Source: Balanoglossus misakiensis (lineage: Eukaryota; Animalia; Hemichordata). From it: a stretch of 64,000 bases of DNA. The stretch is taken from the NCBI GenBank assembly GCA_040954595.2, contig CM082576.2, forward strand, positions 13,705,129 through 13,769,128, given 5' to 3'. Positions within the stretch are counted from its first letter, which is position 1. Every line of letters starts with the position of its first letter. Positions 36,701-49,800 of the stretch are shown here, piece after piece. The position numbers and the translations under genes were made by a program. The notes beneath the pieces are model-generated. The model was not told the origin of the DNA. It did no database searches and saw only the letters and a list, made by a program, of their open reading frames with translations.

Positions 36701-37319
36701 CGGCAAAGGTACGACTTGGGAGGGTGGAATCAGGGTGCCTGCCGTGGCCTGGTGGCCGGCTGTCGTCAGCGCCGGAGGAGTCAGTAAGGAACTTGTCGGT
36801 TCGCAAGACGTCTTCGCCACAGCCGTGGATCTGGCCGGGGGCGCTCTGCCGTCCGACAGGGCCATTGACGGCCGGAGCATCAAGTCTGTGCTTTTGAACG
36901 GCGGAGGACCATCGCCTCACGAAATCCTCTACTTCTACTGCAATGACCGCCTCATGGCCGTCCGATACAGGGAATACAAACTACACTTCCACACGCACGC
37001 GCTGCCCACGGAAGAATTCCTGCGGACGACTTGCGACTCGGAAGGTTTCCCGGTCAGGAATTCTTATTTCTGTGTTGAGTGCTACGGCGACTGCATCGTA
37101 TCCCATGATCCCCCTCTTGTTTACAACGTGGACGTCGACCCTGGTGAGAAGTATCCATTGCCGCCATGGAAATCGAAAGACTTAGTTGCTGAAGTGAGGG
37201 ACCTCGTCGAAAAACACAGCGGCGGCTTAAACATGCCGTACCCACAGATTAATGACATGAATATGATACTATCGCCTTGTTGTAACCCTCCGTACTGTGC
37301 GTGTCACAATTTTCGTTAA
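33792..37319 (+). CDS. Arylsulfatase (formylglycine-dependent S1 sulfatase, sea-urchin Ars-like), about 517 aa, 6 exons: 33792-34065, 34424-34582, 35102-35214, 35556-35778, 36168-36332, 36700-37319
   Basis: Signal peptide; [16 protein letters not shown]; [11 protein letters not shown] (CxPxR); GKWHLG; HGFDY; SDNGP; [14 protein letters not shown]; DPGEKYPL; [10 protein letters not shown]. All introns GT-AG and phase-compatible. Confidence 0.92.
34236..34315 (+). mobile_element. Partial Tc1/mariner-pogo-type MITE end in arylsulfatase intron 1
   Basis: TA + CAGTAAAACCTGTCTAAACCG..AAGGGACTG..GGTTTGCAGAGGTGTCC resembles pogo/Tigger-like termini; the other end is not seen. Confidence 0.4.
35793..36008. 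mobile_element. Degenerate TA-flanked MITE in arylsulfatase intron 4
   Basis: tactgtaacaaaacgggaagtttt..ttcgcgaa at the left and cgcgaaaatttcctgt..ttcctgttttaca at the right form imperfect TIRs, with internal cgcgaaaat repeats. Confidence 0.55.
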
Positions 37320-37535
37320 AAATGGAGGTGATAAGTATGTCATTCTCAAACAGGACTGCTGTGAAACTATACAGAGGCTGAAGTGGAACTTTAATGCCCC
37401 AATTGGCCAGTGCAAGTTTTAAGGATCATCTTTCTATCACTTTTAATTGTCAACTATGGATCTGTCTTCTGCCTTTGGATTTCAAGTATTATCTGGTCTC
37501 TTTATCGTCCACTCTTGTGTATGCTGTCAGTTTTG

Positions 37536-37780
37536 TTAAAAGGGAAGGGATCGTGGCGCCGCGTGGGTGTCCCCCCTTGATGAGAATATGTCCTCCCATA
37601 CCAGCGCAAACCCTACTGCAGTCGCCACAACCTACTAGGATCTTCAGTTGCTGTCATGCCCAATCTACGCTACGGTTGGCTGCTTCGTTCATTCTAAGAA
37701 TTAACTAATTTCTGGGATTTGTAGGTGAATTGTAATGTTTATAAACAAATGAATGCGGCGCGACGACCGCTTCCCCTTAA
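37536..37780. mobile_element. Kolobok-like MITE (TTAA-flanked) downstream of the arylsulfatase stop
   Basis: TTAAAAGGGAAGGGATCGTGGCGCCGCGT ... ATGCGGCGCGACGACCGCTTCCCCTTAA form imperfect ~28-bp TIRs with TTAA at both ends. Confidence 0.6.
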
Positions 37781-38239
37781 GATCCCAGATTAAAGCTAAA
37801 GTGTTGTCAACATTTTACAAACGCAACTTGGCCTGTGTGTTTTATTATCTGAACTGAGTTTGTACATGTTAATGGCGATCGAGCAAGTGATTAAACTCCT
37901 AATAGCTTCCCCTTTTTGCATTCACCAACTGAAGGTATTTTGGCCATGTATGAGTTAGCTGCATCCGTTTTGGCTCTGTCCAATATTGTTCAATAGGAAA
38001 CAACCAGAACTAAAGTTTCTCATACTCCAGTTTTTATACATCATTGCAAAATTGGGAGTGGTGGCCAAAGTTGGTACTTTATTATTTAATAACATGTTGG
38101 TTTACAGTTACTGTTCGTCTGTAAATCTTCAAAAGAATACAATATGTGTATGTCTTATATATATATCAGCAGTTTCAGCTAAAAACTGCAATTTGTTCCG
38201 TTCGTTTCTCATCTCTTGTCTCTGCAGGACTATAAGAAG

Positions 38240-41200
38240 CTAGAAAAATATTGAGACGACACTTGGAATAACCACAAACAAAAAAAACGGCAAAAAGGTC
38301 GGGTGGAATGCCACTGCACCACTGACACCCTGACTGTCCTTCTTGATCAACAAAGCGGCATTTCTCGCTGCTATAACTGACCCTTCCATCTGATCCATGA
38401 GGTCATTCATTACGCCAAGGTTGTACAGACCAGGCGAGAGTATGACATCTTGGTATGAAGCGCCACCAGCGGTGAAAGGTTCCAACACGGGATGTCCGTA
38501 CGGCCAGGTGTGTTTGTACTTGACCGACGGATTGACAAAAATGTCTTCCAAATCGTCTGCGATGTCTTGAAAAGCTATGATTTTGTAGTAGGCGGCATCA
38601 TCGATAGTTCTGGCTCTATAATAGACGATAGGCTGGCCAGGGTTACAATTCACCGTCGATAAATCTGCATCGTTCGGATAGGTGGTAAAATACTCTCGTT
38701 TAATCTCGTCGGCGGTGAGGACATATGTGTGCCATTCGTGCCATTTCTTTGCTGGTTTCTGAATGGGCGCGTCGAAGTTGGAGAAATTAATACCTGTTAA
38801 AGAACCAAATTTAAAGCAACCAATTACGGGACGGCGAACCTTTTGACGACAGTGAGATTTATCACACTGCACGAGAAATGAAGCAAACTGTCAAAAGTGA
38901 AATTAGGACAAATCGCGCCTCTTACATACTTGCAGGGAGATGGGTTGAGAGAGAATCTAAAGACGGTGTCAATTGTTACACATTACAGTAGTATATCCAT
39001 TACAACCGTCAGTAGCGACGGAGTGGATGTTTTTTTCCGAAATATCGAAAAAAAACAATGATCTCAGTGACATAGCATAACCAGATGAAAGGCCCTATAT
39101 AGGCCTAGCTGTCACTTTTAACAAATGTTTAAATTGATAAAATACTTCACTCTACTCATTATCCCTATGTTACTCAACAAATATTTTTGAATTTGCGGAG
39201 ATTCTAATACCCATATGCATACCACGATTGGCAAGCCACAATCAGTGGTTGATAGTATATTTGTGTTCAGTAAGCATCTGGAATTGAAAGTAAAACTATG
39301 AAAATAATCCCCAAAATGGCAGCTACTGGGACTTTAATGTTCAGCCACATGTACTACAACCATGAATTCCATCCAGAAATTCACTTTGATTCTAACCTGT
39401 CACTTCTAACGGCGCTGCGATGACCACATAGTCAGCGTACATATCATATCGCGTGTCTGTAGTTTCGTATTTCACATTGAATCCTTTTGGCAACTTCTCC
39501 ACTGTCTTCACTGTAGAATTCAGGAAGATTTTGGCCGACGATGCTTCGGCCAGTGACGTCACCAAATTGGCGTTACCACCGACAACACGACCTAAAAAAG
39601 GTAAATAATTATGTGCTTGGAACACCGTGTCAACAAATAAATTCATCTACAATGGAGATTAAGAAAACTGTGATCTAAAAAGAAATTGAAATCTCCTGAT
39701 ATATTTTGGTCATTTTTTTCCAGTCCCCGATCCACCATATGAAATAAACGCGGTCGATTATAATTTTTTCACTTGCCTCCACCCATTCTGACTGATAAAA
39801 TTGTATACATAGCAAACACATGACTATTCATTCCTTCAGTGTGATATGCATTATGCATAGGCGCCATCGCCAACTCTTGCATTTCCAAGGCTACTCCTCC
39901 ATCTGTGAAAAATGGCCCACTTTCCAAAGTCGGCCAGTCGCCAAGGTCGCCTTTCGACAAGAATTCCTGCATGGTGGCGAAAGTCTCGTCGCCCCGTAAA
40001 TCATAATTTGCCAACACTCTGGCGTAATAATCGGTCGTCCCTCTTGCCAAAATGTCCATGGAATCGTTGTGCGCTTTCTCCAGTTCTGCAGTGTCGAACA
40101 AATGAGTCCCGTTCCACGAAGTAAATCCAAACGGGGACACGAAGTCGGGGACGCCATCAACGTTGGTACCTGTTGCTTCTAATCCCAATTCTTCAACAAG
40201 TTCGGATATATACCTATATCATGTATATAGTAATAAATTTAATGACTATTTTAAGATCACCAAGAATTTCACGCGTGAAAATCAGTGTCAACTGCATGCT
40301 GTATATAAAATTACCATAACAGAGCCTGTTGTCTGTAGAGTATCGTAGGAAACTAATGGAACAATATGTTCATTTTTTTAAATTCCTTCTTTTAATTTCT
40401 CATTTTACTCGCTCGGGAATGTTATAAGAAACTACACAGCATTTCTGTTTAGCAGAGTTTGTTCAAATTTGACCTGTTTTGTGTTGATTACTGATTTTTT
40501 CTTCTTCTTCAAAAATAAGCCCTGGCGTGATCTATTGTGCATCTGGTTGATTGAGGAATGCACTACTTTTGATTTTTTTTTTCTCGGTATAAATTTTGTT
40601 GATTGGATTGGATTGATTGATTTGTTGTTGGTTGGTTGGTTGGTTGGTTGGTTAATTAATTGATTGATCGATTGATTGGTTGGTTGGTTGGTTGGTTGGT
40701 TGGTTGGTTGGTTGGTTGGTTAGCTTGTCTGATGATTTATTGAAATGAAAGGTTATACAGTGACCCGCCTCTGTGACATTGAGTATAGGCTTTGCTAATT
40801 GTCCCCAGCGCGCCTGATAAATGATTATAGACTTTATTTCTGTCCCTTGCACTGTCATTACTTTTTGTGTATTTGTTTGCCTCTGGTGAACACAGTATGA
40901 TTTAAAACTCGAGCAAGACGTAGCATGTCACCAGATGCTGTTATGAATCGATCTGCGGGAGGTACTCGAGTGTTTACTTAAAGAAAAATGTATGGCGTGT
41001 TTTCATGAGGGTGGGTAACTAGTGTATCGCACATACCTGTGCTGTCCGGACCAGGCATAAGTGCCTATAACGAAGACTTCACCGTCTACGGTTGCATCAT
41101 ACACTCGTCCACCTGAAACGTCAGCAGAAACAGCAATAATTACTAGTAACTTGTATCCAAGAATTTCGTCTAATTTTCTCTGTTGAATACCCTGAATGCT

Positions 41201-42536
41201 ACGTGAAACGTTGAAAGAGATGTGACTGGCCCGAAACACGTATATGATATCATCAATCATAAATTTCAATTCCGGCCATGTTCTTACATGCACGAAACAA
41301 CGGAATCTGTCCGCAGTGATTGTAAATCCATGAACTTAGGATTAGGATTACTGTTTGCATGAATTTTGATTTATTGATCTTTTTATGCTTTGGAACTACA
41401 AATGCTTGTCGCCCGATCATAAACTTACTTAGGTCAGGAAGAAAAATCATTTTGGTTCTTCACGGATTCGTCGCTTCTTCTTTTCCCGATTTTGACTAAT
41501 TATTTGATTATTCGATTGAATATATCTCATCGGTCATCACATAACGTTACATTTTCTCTGCTTTGTCAGTGTCGGTGTACCTTTCTCTTCCTTATTTAAA
41601 GGTTAATGCGAAATAGGAATTGAACTGTGATCTCTAGGCTATTTTTTCATTACCAAGTAAATCTACATTTGCCGCAATACAATTTCAGTAATTTTGAGCT
41701 CTGTGTAGGCCTAATGGAATTATTGGGAAATTCTGGGATCAGTATTACGCTTGACGTCTCTCTTTTTGATACAATAACCGAAGAACCTGGCCCTAGTGAA
41801 TATTTAAAGCTCATACCGCGTAATTATGTTTGTCTTTAAAGTTTTAATGTGTCAAGATAAATGGTAGTTATACGCGGAAGTTAACGAAAATTAATGGCCA
41901 CTTTTGACGTCTGGAATTCAAGGTATAGTCATACTTCAACTCTACAAATTCAGCGACTGTTTTCCTTTTTTTCGCAGTCAGATTTTCGGCGTATTACATT
42001 TAGAATTACTTTCGCATTTTTCATGTTTTTAAAATAGCTTGGAAAATTCAAATAGATTCAGCGCGGATGTTGGGTGGGCACTGAAAAACTCCCTCGTCGT
42101 CGACTATAAATGGTTGGACAGGAGATGATCTTTTGAACTGCGGCGCGGTCCCTGGTTCAGGGTGAGCTACCAACCTGAAGATTGGTTGCATCGTGACCCA
42201 AGTTCGAGTGAGAAGACTCTTACATAGAACACCCATTTCAACCACAAACGAAAAAAGTGTCTGGTTAACTAGTAAACCGGGCAGTTTGTCAAAGAAATGA
42301 AACGGAGGAAGTTGTTACTTACCGATACGGGAATCGGCTTCAAGTATTACAGTGGTGACATCAGGCAGGAATTTCTTCAAATAATAGGCACACGATGTAC
42401 CGCCGATACCAGCGCCAACAATTGCCACGGTCGGCTTCTCTGCTGTTGCCAAGACCGTCCAGTCGACAAGCGAAGCGATAAGTATAACGGAAAGGTAAAA
42501 CAATAAACTCCGCGACAAATGACGTGTTGAAGCCAT
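38240..42536 (-). CDS. Prenylcysteine oxidase/farnesylcysteine lyase-like flavoprotein, about 491 aa, 5 exons: 42323-42536, 41037-41112, 39777-40213, 39397-39591, 38240-38793
   Basis: Signal peptide; FAD motif [26 protein letters not shown]; VVGGNANLV; [10 protein letters not shown]; [15 protein letters not shown] (cf. PCYOX1 MEMSAIAAHNAALLA); hydrophobic C-terminal tail. Phases 1,2,1,1; intron 3 probably GC-AG. Confidence 0.85.
40598..40721. repeat. Compound (ATTG)n/(TTGG)n microsatellite in the PCYOX-like intron 2
   Basis: Direct reading. Confidence 0.9.
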
Positions 42537-43561
42537 TTTCAGCAAACAACGTCGACAGGTACTGCTACGACACTACTGTCACACGCAATAATGGCCGAAA
42601 CTGTCAATCCTTACACATTGTAGGTCAATGAAAATAAATGACAATACCCGGGGATACTATAAAAGCGTAGTACGGGGGGGGGGGGGTAGAATTCAACGCG
42701 TATCATAATACAATAATGCAATCATAAATAATTCATTCAAATATACAGCTTGATTCTAACCTGTCACCGTTTGAAAACCACTACATGATTTCAAGAACCA
42801 TAAAAGAACTCAACTACCCCTGTTGTATTAGTTGTCCGGGAAAAAGGCGATATGGTCCATGGCAGTGTTGTACATGCATGTTCATTCCCTTTCCCTTTGA
42901 TCATATTGAGGAAAACATGTTTTAAACATAATAATGTTTTCATGCCTAATGTTCATTATGGTGGCAATTTATAGGACTCGAAACTTGATTTAACTTTACA
43001 TGTCTTTAACTTCTGTCGCTCATCGTCACAGATCCTCTGAATACATCAGTATATATAGGGATGAGTTACGACTATCGTCACGTCTTCGCATGTGTCGTAT
43101 CGGTCCAGCGCCAGCTACGGACAGTTACGGTACATCGTCCGTATTGCTTTATGCGGCTCGTAACACAGTCCGTGGTTAGTCGGGTTATAACATGATATTG
43201 GCCAATCTTTGAAGGATACTGATAATTTTTCTGGTGTTTAAGTAGAGGTTTCGAAAATTATCTATTTCGTGCTGGTGACGTGCTTGTAAATTGCTAGGAT
43301 ATAATAGGACTGCGACGTTTCTTGAACCAGCTTTGTACATGTACTATGGTAGATGGAATCTCTCTGAAGAAGATAATACTAAATTATAGTTGTCTCCAGG
43401 AAGGCAGGGGTTGAAAAAATTGTGACGAGTGGTTTTATAATTGCCAGTGAGTATCTGTATAAGTATAGGCTAAGTTTAATACATTGCTTTCATCTGGAAT
43501 TGTACACACCGTAAGGAAACCTAGCAACAGTTCACTCTATGCTACAAGAGACGAGCTATTA

Positions 43562-44365
43562 GGCTGCATTCACAAACACCTCTGGAGGGGGGGGCGGGAG
43601 AATTCAATTTTTTTTACCGCTAATTTTCACATGCCCCCCTTCCGAACTGCCAATATTTTCAAATCCCCCCCTTCCGAACTGCCAAAATTTTGAAATCCCC
43701 CCCCCCCCCATTGTCTTTCACAGAGCAAAACACATCACCTATCTATCTTGTAAAAAGAAAAACAGCGCTCCCATGAAAAGAATTTGAAACTGATGTTTCC
43801 CCTCATCAGTGGGTATTAAAACTGAACATTGTTTTTATTTTTTAAGTACATATATTTTTATTCTGTGTTTGGAGACTTTGTAAACCGAGAATTGAAGGGG
43901 GTGGGTTTGGGAGGGGGTGTCCCCCTCCCACGTAAGAAAATTTTCTAAAATACAGAGCTCAAAGCTGCATTTTAATGAACCCGGCAAAAGCAAATTAACT
44001 CAACTACAGGTATGTTGGGGAGGACAAATTTAACCGTCGGCGCTCAAAGTTATCATGGGGTGGGGCAAGTCCCCTGACCTGGGACACTAGATAAACCAGT
44101 CAATGATTGAAAGGTGTTGATGAATGGAGGGGGTGGGTGTGGGAGGGGGTGTCCCCCTCCCACATGAGAAAATTTTGTAAAATAAAGGGCGCGAAACTGC
44201 ATTTTTGTGGACTCAAAATAAATATTTAGTCGTTAAAGTTTTCAAGTCCCCCCCTTTCAGTCCCTAAATTATTTCAAATCCCCCCCCTCACATACCCTCA
44301 ATTTTTTCAAATCCCCCCCCTCAATTCTCCCGCCCCCCCCTCCAGAGGTGTTTGTGAATGCAGCC
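43562..44365. mobile_element. PIF/Harbinger (Tourist-like) non-autonomous element, 804 bp, TTA target duplication
   Basis: ~43-bp TIRs GGCTGCATTCACAAACACCTCTGGAGGGGG..CGGGAGAATT at both ends; TTA at 43559-43561 and 44366-44368; internal C-run subterminal repeats and a duplicated gggagggggtgtccccctccc hairpin. Confidence 0.9.
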
Positions 44366-46329
44366 TTAGGAAAATGTTTATATCTTTTCGATAACCACGT
44401 TTGTTTAAAATCTCATTAGTGACGCATTAAGATCATTATTGTCGTTGTCTTTGTAATTTTCGCCAGTGGCCGGGAATGCTGGAATAAACATGACAACAAA
44501 ATGACAACGTTGGTTTGGACATCTCAGGTCACCGATCCAGCTCACCCACTGTATGCACAACGCCCCCAACGTTGGCACTCTAATGACCGTCGACAGCATC
44601 AAATTTCCCTTTCTTACACATTTCATGCTTTCTTGTTTTGGTTTTTCTTTGAAGGAGAGTGCGCATCATTGACATATTTTCGCTAATTCGCTACGTACTG
44701 CAAGAGAATCGTCGGATATTACAGATGGGAGAGGGTGTATGGTAATATGATTGGACGTGTCAAAGGTCAAATGAGTGCAACATTAACAGCAGCCGCTGGA
44801 GCTTCATGTCGTGTGAACGCGCGAAGAAAACAACGTACGGAAGCTGTCACCTTACATATATACGACTACCGACGTCAAAAGTAAAAACACGACTGAAATA
44901 TACCAGGTCAGTAGAAACGATGTTTGATTTTTAGGCTTCAGTTTACTGAACAGGGCCGGGAGACGTAATATTATTGACAGAATCGTTGTGTTTTATTTGA
45001 CCAGCATTGTTTTCATTCAGCCGAATTCGCTCATTGAAGATCGATTTCGCATTGTGTGTATTGTATGCAACCCACTATCGGGTATTGTTTTCACGGGTTT
45101 TTATTGGTCTTTGTTTAGGGGAGATTACCCAATTCCGTATATACATGCCAGCGTTTTATTTCTCTGCACTGCAGTATCGCATGTAAGGGGCGACGTATTG
45201 TTTTTAACGGGAAAGCGATACATCACTCGGTGATAGTGTTACAGGGCACATCAGTGCAGCTGTAGTACACGGCTTTCATCGGACGCCATTTTTGCATGCA
45301 TACGGAGATTTACTTTCCAACATTTCCAAAGGTACGAAATACTACTATGATATAGGGCACGCGGAACGCGTGTTAGGGTACTTCAATCCATTTCCATGGA
45401 TACGGTGTTTGTTTCAGCTCGACCTAAAGGGTAACCTTACGTAACTAGTAGTAGCCAATAACGCGTAAGGCTTGATTTGTCGATATCGTTTGGTCAAATT
45501 TGGGTCAATTTTAAAAGGGAGTTTTGGGAACAACTGTTACTAAGAAATTGGTACGAAAACATCGTGGATATCTCGGGCCTAAATAACGTGGTTCCAGAAC
45601 CGCAACCCATGTAGCGTCTCGAACCAAAGCAACCATCGTTTCATGCCAATGGTTATCAACTACATGTACTACACTGGCATTGTAGGAGAAGCATTATTGG
45701 CGATTAATTCAGTGTAGTGACTTGAAAATCCCCTTCTGTGCGCTTGAAGAAATATCTGTACCACATGTGTGTGTAGAGGGACGTGACTAGTGTCTGTACG
45801 TAATGTGCTCAATATTGTACTTTACAAGTTTATGATCTGGATCTCTTGATGCAGATATTGCTATTGTTTTCACCAGCCAAGGGTCAGCTCAGGCTTAAAT
45901 GATGCAAATGGTTACCACGGAGATAGCATCACAGCGGAACTTACTTTAGTGGTTATACGAAATAGACTTCAAATATGTGCAACAGGCAGACAACGTGCAG
46001 GTTATAGGTTAAATCACGTGTATACAATGATTTACATGCATATTGTTCTCAAACCAATCTTTTATTCTGCTGCTTTTTCCAGTGACAGGCAACAACTCAG
46101 AGAGTTCAGTCAGAGATACAACTGAAGCTGACGTACAAGAACTGAAGATACATGTAGATATCAATGTGATCAGTACTTACTACAAGAGAGTAGTTATTAG
46201 TGAGCACAATCTGATGTGTTAAAAAAAACACCTTGAACCATTGAGTTGGATGAAGGCTTCCTGTTGTCGAAAGCATTGTAGAAGACGTGAATAGTCTTTT
46301 GCACAACCGGGCCGGAGAAATACCCAAAG

Positions 46330-46405
46330 ATGGCCACAGGAAGAAGATATTTTGAGCCAAGCTCTGACCCGACCAGGATTTCCACCACGATCCAAAAGCT
46401 GGCAT
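46330..46405 (+). CDS. Candidate first coding exon A of a large unidentified gene (MATGRRYFEPSSDPTRISTTIQKLA, phase 1)
   Basis: aagATGG start and strong donor T|GTAAGT; exon probably begins at the tttttccag acceptor (46082), downstream of a CpG-rich non-coding exon ending aaag|gtacga (45331). Confidence 0.5.
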
Positions 46406-49400
46406 GTAAGTAGAGGATATATGTACAGGATTATATTAATCAGTTGACAGAGCTACCCGAAAGACCTTAGGTAAACTTTTCAGAACAAAAGTGTATATCT
46501 CTATAACATACCAGATGTGTTGTTTGAGGGATAAACATTTTTAACCGCTGAAAATGAAAGTGCTTAAGTGTATATTATGGTTTATCGGATAACAGAAATC
46601 CAAATGACTTCGCCATTTGTTGTGCAAATGTTTCACAGAGCTGAGAAGAATGCTTGCCATGGGAGTCAGTGTTCTGGTTCACATTACAAACTTCATTGCT
46701 TCTTGAGATCTTCGTAAGCATCCAGCGTTTGTAACCGTCCGTTAACTCTTTGTTGGTTTGTCTATAAAAAGGATAACTGCCTGAATGGCGGAGTGTTGAC
46801 TGAATGGATGTTTATGCGGCTAGGTGTGCCACGCTTCTTTTCTTGCCGTTAAGAGAGGCTTTCTTAACCGTTGTCTTTGATGCCATTGTAACAGCTGTTA
46901 GGGGAATATTATCTGTACAGTGGACGTAAAAGTAAGAGTTGTTTGCAGGTCGGGGAACTTTCAAACACTTGCGTGTGCTGTGTTTTTAATTTGTGAGAAC
47001 ATACAGTGTTGCAGTCACTGTAAAGGTTTAGTGAACAACCTATCCGGGCCGGTATTGATCATATATGTGGATAGTTAGGTTAGGTGACCCATACGACCTT
47101 TTCAACAGCTCGTTGTTTAATTTCAGGGCCATCCGTAATCCTGATACAATTCACAGGGTGACCTCTCCGTTAGATAATGACAATAGACATTATTGCACTT
47201 TCTGAAGGGGTTTGGGTGAAAGTTTTAGCCTTTTTTTCCTCACTTCTCCACCGCTTGGTGGTCGGTCTCGCGCAGTGATTCTGACGCTGTGCATGAGCAG
47301 TCACCTGTAACGCAAAAAATTCAATTGGATCTCGTTAAAAAGAAAAGTTCGGTTCGAAACAGAAGCCGAAACTCCAGTGCACAGTTTACTGCTGAATAAA
47401 AGATATTTGGGTTCTCTATTGTAGGACAGGGCCAACATTTAACACATTAAGATAGTTCTGTTAGATTTGCGTGTTCATAGTAGACGACTGTTAGCGTCCT
47501 TACAACAAAAGGCGCACGACTTAGACAGCCTTGAGTGGTTGATAAACCAGGCTCTGCGTAAAACAACCAAATTGTGGCACTCTTTGGCAGATGTCCAGAT
47601 ATGCACTGCAGTCACACCTTTTTGATTCCCAACAAGCCAGCGGTATATCATCTATTAAACAGCTTGTTTGGCTCTTATCAGCTATAGGCATATTTATACG
47701 AGATAACATATTGGTTGAGGAGTGCCAGGTACATATTCTTTTAAAAGTTACTGATTGCACTTATGATAAAATAGAATTTTTTGAAGGGGGGGGGGGTAGG
47801 GTATTTGGCCGCAACTTTACAAGTGATTCATTTCAGATATTGGTTCTTTTCTACCCAGAGTAATTAAAGGGTTTTGACTGATACATTGTCGCATTTTTTT
47901 TTGGGGGGGGGGGAAACTACAGAAATACATTACCATAAAAGTTAATTTGCATTTTATAAATGTAATTCTGAATATTAATATAAAGTTAGTTGGGTGTGTT
48001 GCAGAATGGTGTTCAGATTTCAATTGGTCTGTCATGAACATTGTGTTTGGTTGATGCAGGTCTACATCAGTGTACATTTGTACTTCACATGGACTGAATC
48101 AGATAGACTGTCAGAGACACACATGACTTTAGAGTGAGGTCATTGGACAGAGTTGTCTGGAATTATCGTAATGCAACAGTTGCGCCAATTGCAAAAACAA
48201 ATATTCCATAAACAGAATATGATCACATTCCTTGCCACTGATATCATAAGAGCACTGCAATAGCCTGGCTTAACATTCATTCTGGAAGTGGATAGTGTTA
48301 ATGTCCTTTGTACATGTACTATAAGTGCAGTGCATGTCAGAATTATTCAAATAATTGTAATAATCTGAACAACAGCTAGAATTCATCCAGTGTTAATGTC
48401 CCATGTACCAGGTCAGAATTATTTAAATAAATGTAATTAATTTAAATACACGCTAGCAAAAAGTCATATAGTTAGTTCCAGCTGATCTTAGAAACTCCCA
48501 AATTCCTGTCTGCAAAAATGTCTTGTCCTCAAGGGCATTGTTTTGTTGTCCACTAATGTATTCAACTGGTCAGACTATGCTGTGACTTGGAATAAAGCCA
48601 GTAAATTCTGTCATTTATGAGTGTATAAACTAGGTGGACTGGTTTAACTTTCAACCCCATTATAATCCCCAGAGGCAAGCATTCATCCACAGTAAAATGA
48701 GACAGACCTGAAATTTACATGAACATGTACATGTATGTGTATTACAAATTAAACCAGAGTGTTTCTTCTAGAAATTATAATGACATTTAAATTTTTTAAA
48801 GTCAGGTTCTCGCCAAACTCGCCAAAACGAATAATTGGTCTCTACCATTTATTCATTTTGGTTGAGTTTTTACTCTCATATCATACAAGTAGGATGGAAG
48901 TTCTGTGTGGTTGAACGTTCATTCATTATATATACAAATGTACACATGTACATTAACATAAACAGCGTCTTGTATCAAACATAATTAATGGCAAAAGAGC
49001 AGTGAGAGAACAACTTTGTCCCTTTAATCGATTGAGAAAGTTTGAATCAATTTTTTTTTGCAATGGATGCAATGAATTACAAGGTAGAACAGCAGTTGAC
49101 CTATTTTTGTGTCACTGTGCGCCTTGACCGAGTTTCATGAAAATCTTATTACTTGTTCTCGCATTATTTTCACTTCAGGTAATGTCCATAAAGTGTAAAA
49201 AACATCATGTCAAGTGTAGAATAGCTATTGTTGGTCATTGCTGGGTTACCTTGATATTTTTTGTTGTTGACAATTGAACTCAACATAAATTGGAAACCAC
49301 TCCCAAGATCTAGTTTATGACAGTCACTGCTGACAATAGAATGAATTTTGTGCCAAAAAAACGAATAATGTAGAAGAAAACTGCTGTCATATATTATACT

Positions 49401-49786
49401 ACATTATTTTTTATTCTAAAGTTTAATTAAACCTCATATTGTACATTACCCCCAGTACAAATTCACCGAACAGTTTATAACTTAGAAATTATTGAGACAT
49501 TTCTTATTAGAATATATCAGATGTACACGTAGCCCGGATTAAAAGGCACGCTGGCTTCGTAAGGCCATTGGTGAAAATTTAAATCAATGAAGTGAAGTTA
49601 ATGATTGTTTAACAAGGAAGACCTGTCCTAACTTGTCACAGTATTTGCTACACTGAATTGGACATGTGCGCGTTGCCAGTCACCTTGGCTCATTCTTTTG
49701 TCTTCCTTTATCAGTTTGTCCATAAATTTAGGTATTTGTCCTTGCGTCCGAATTCAGCTAAGGTTACTGACAGAGTTGGGGGGCTT

Positions 49787-49800
49787 GTTGCCATGGAAAC
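49787..49800. promoter_or_regulatory. RFX X-box
   Basis: GTTGCCATGGAAAC matches the canonical 14-bp X-box. Confidence 0.55.

Noticed and set aside
42750-42767. 18-nt identity (ttgattctaacctgtcac) with the PCYOX-like exon 4 donor region (39386-39403)
   Set aside because: Similarity does not extend on either side; cannot support a duplicated pseudo-exon.
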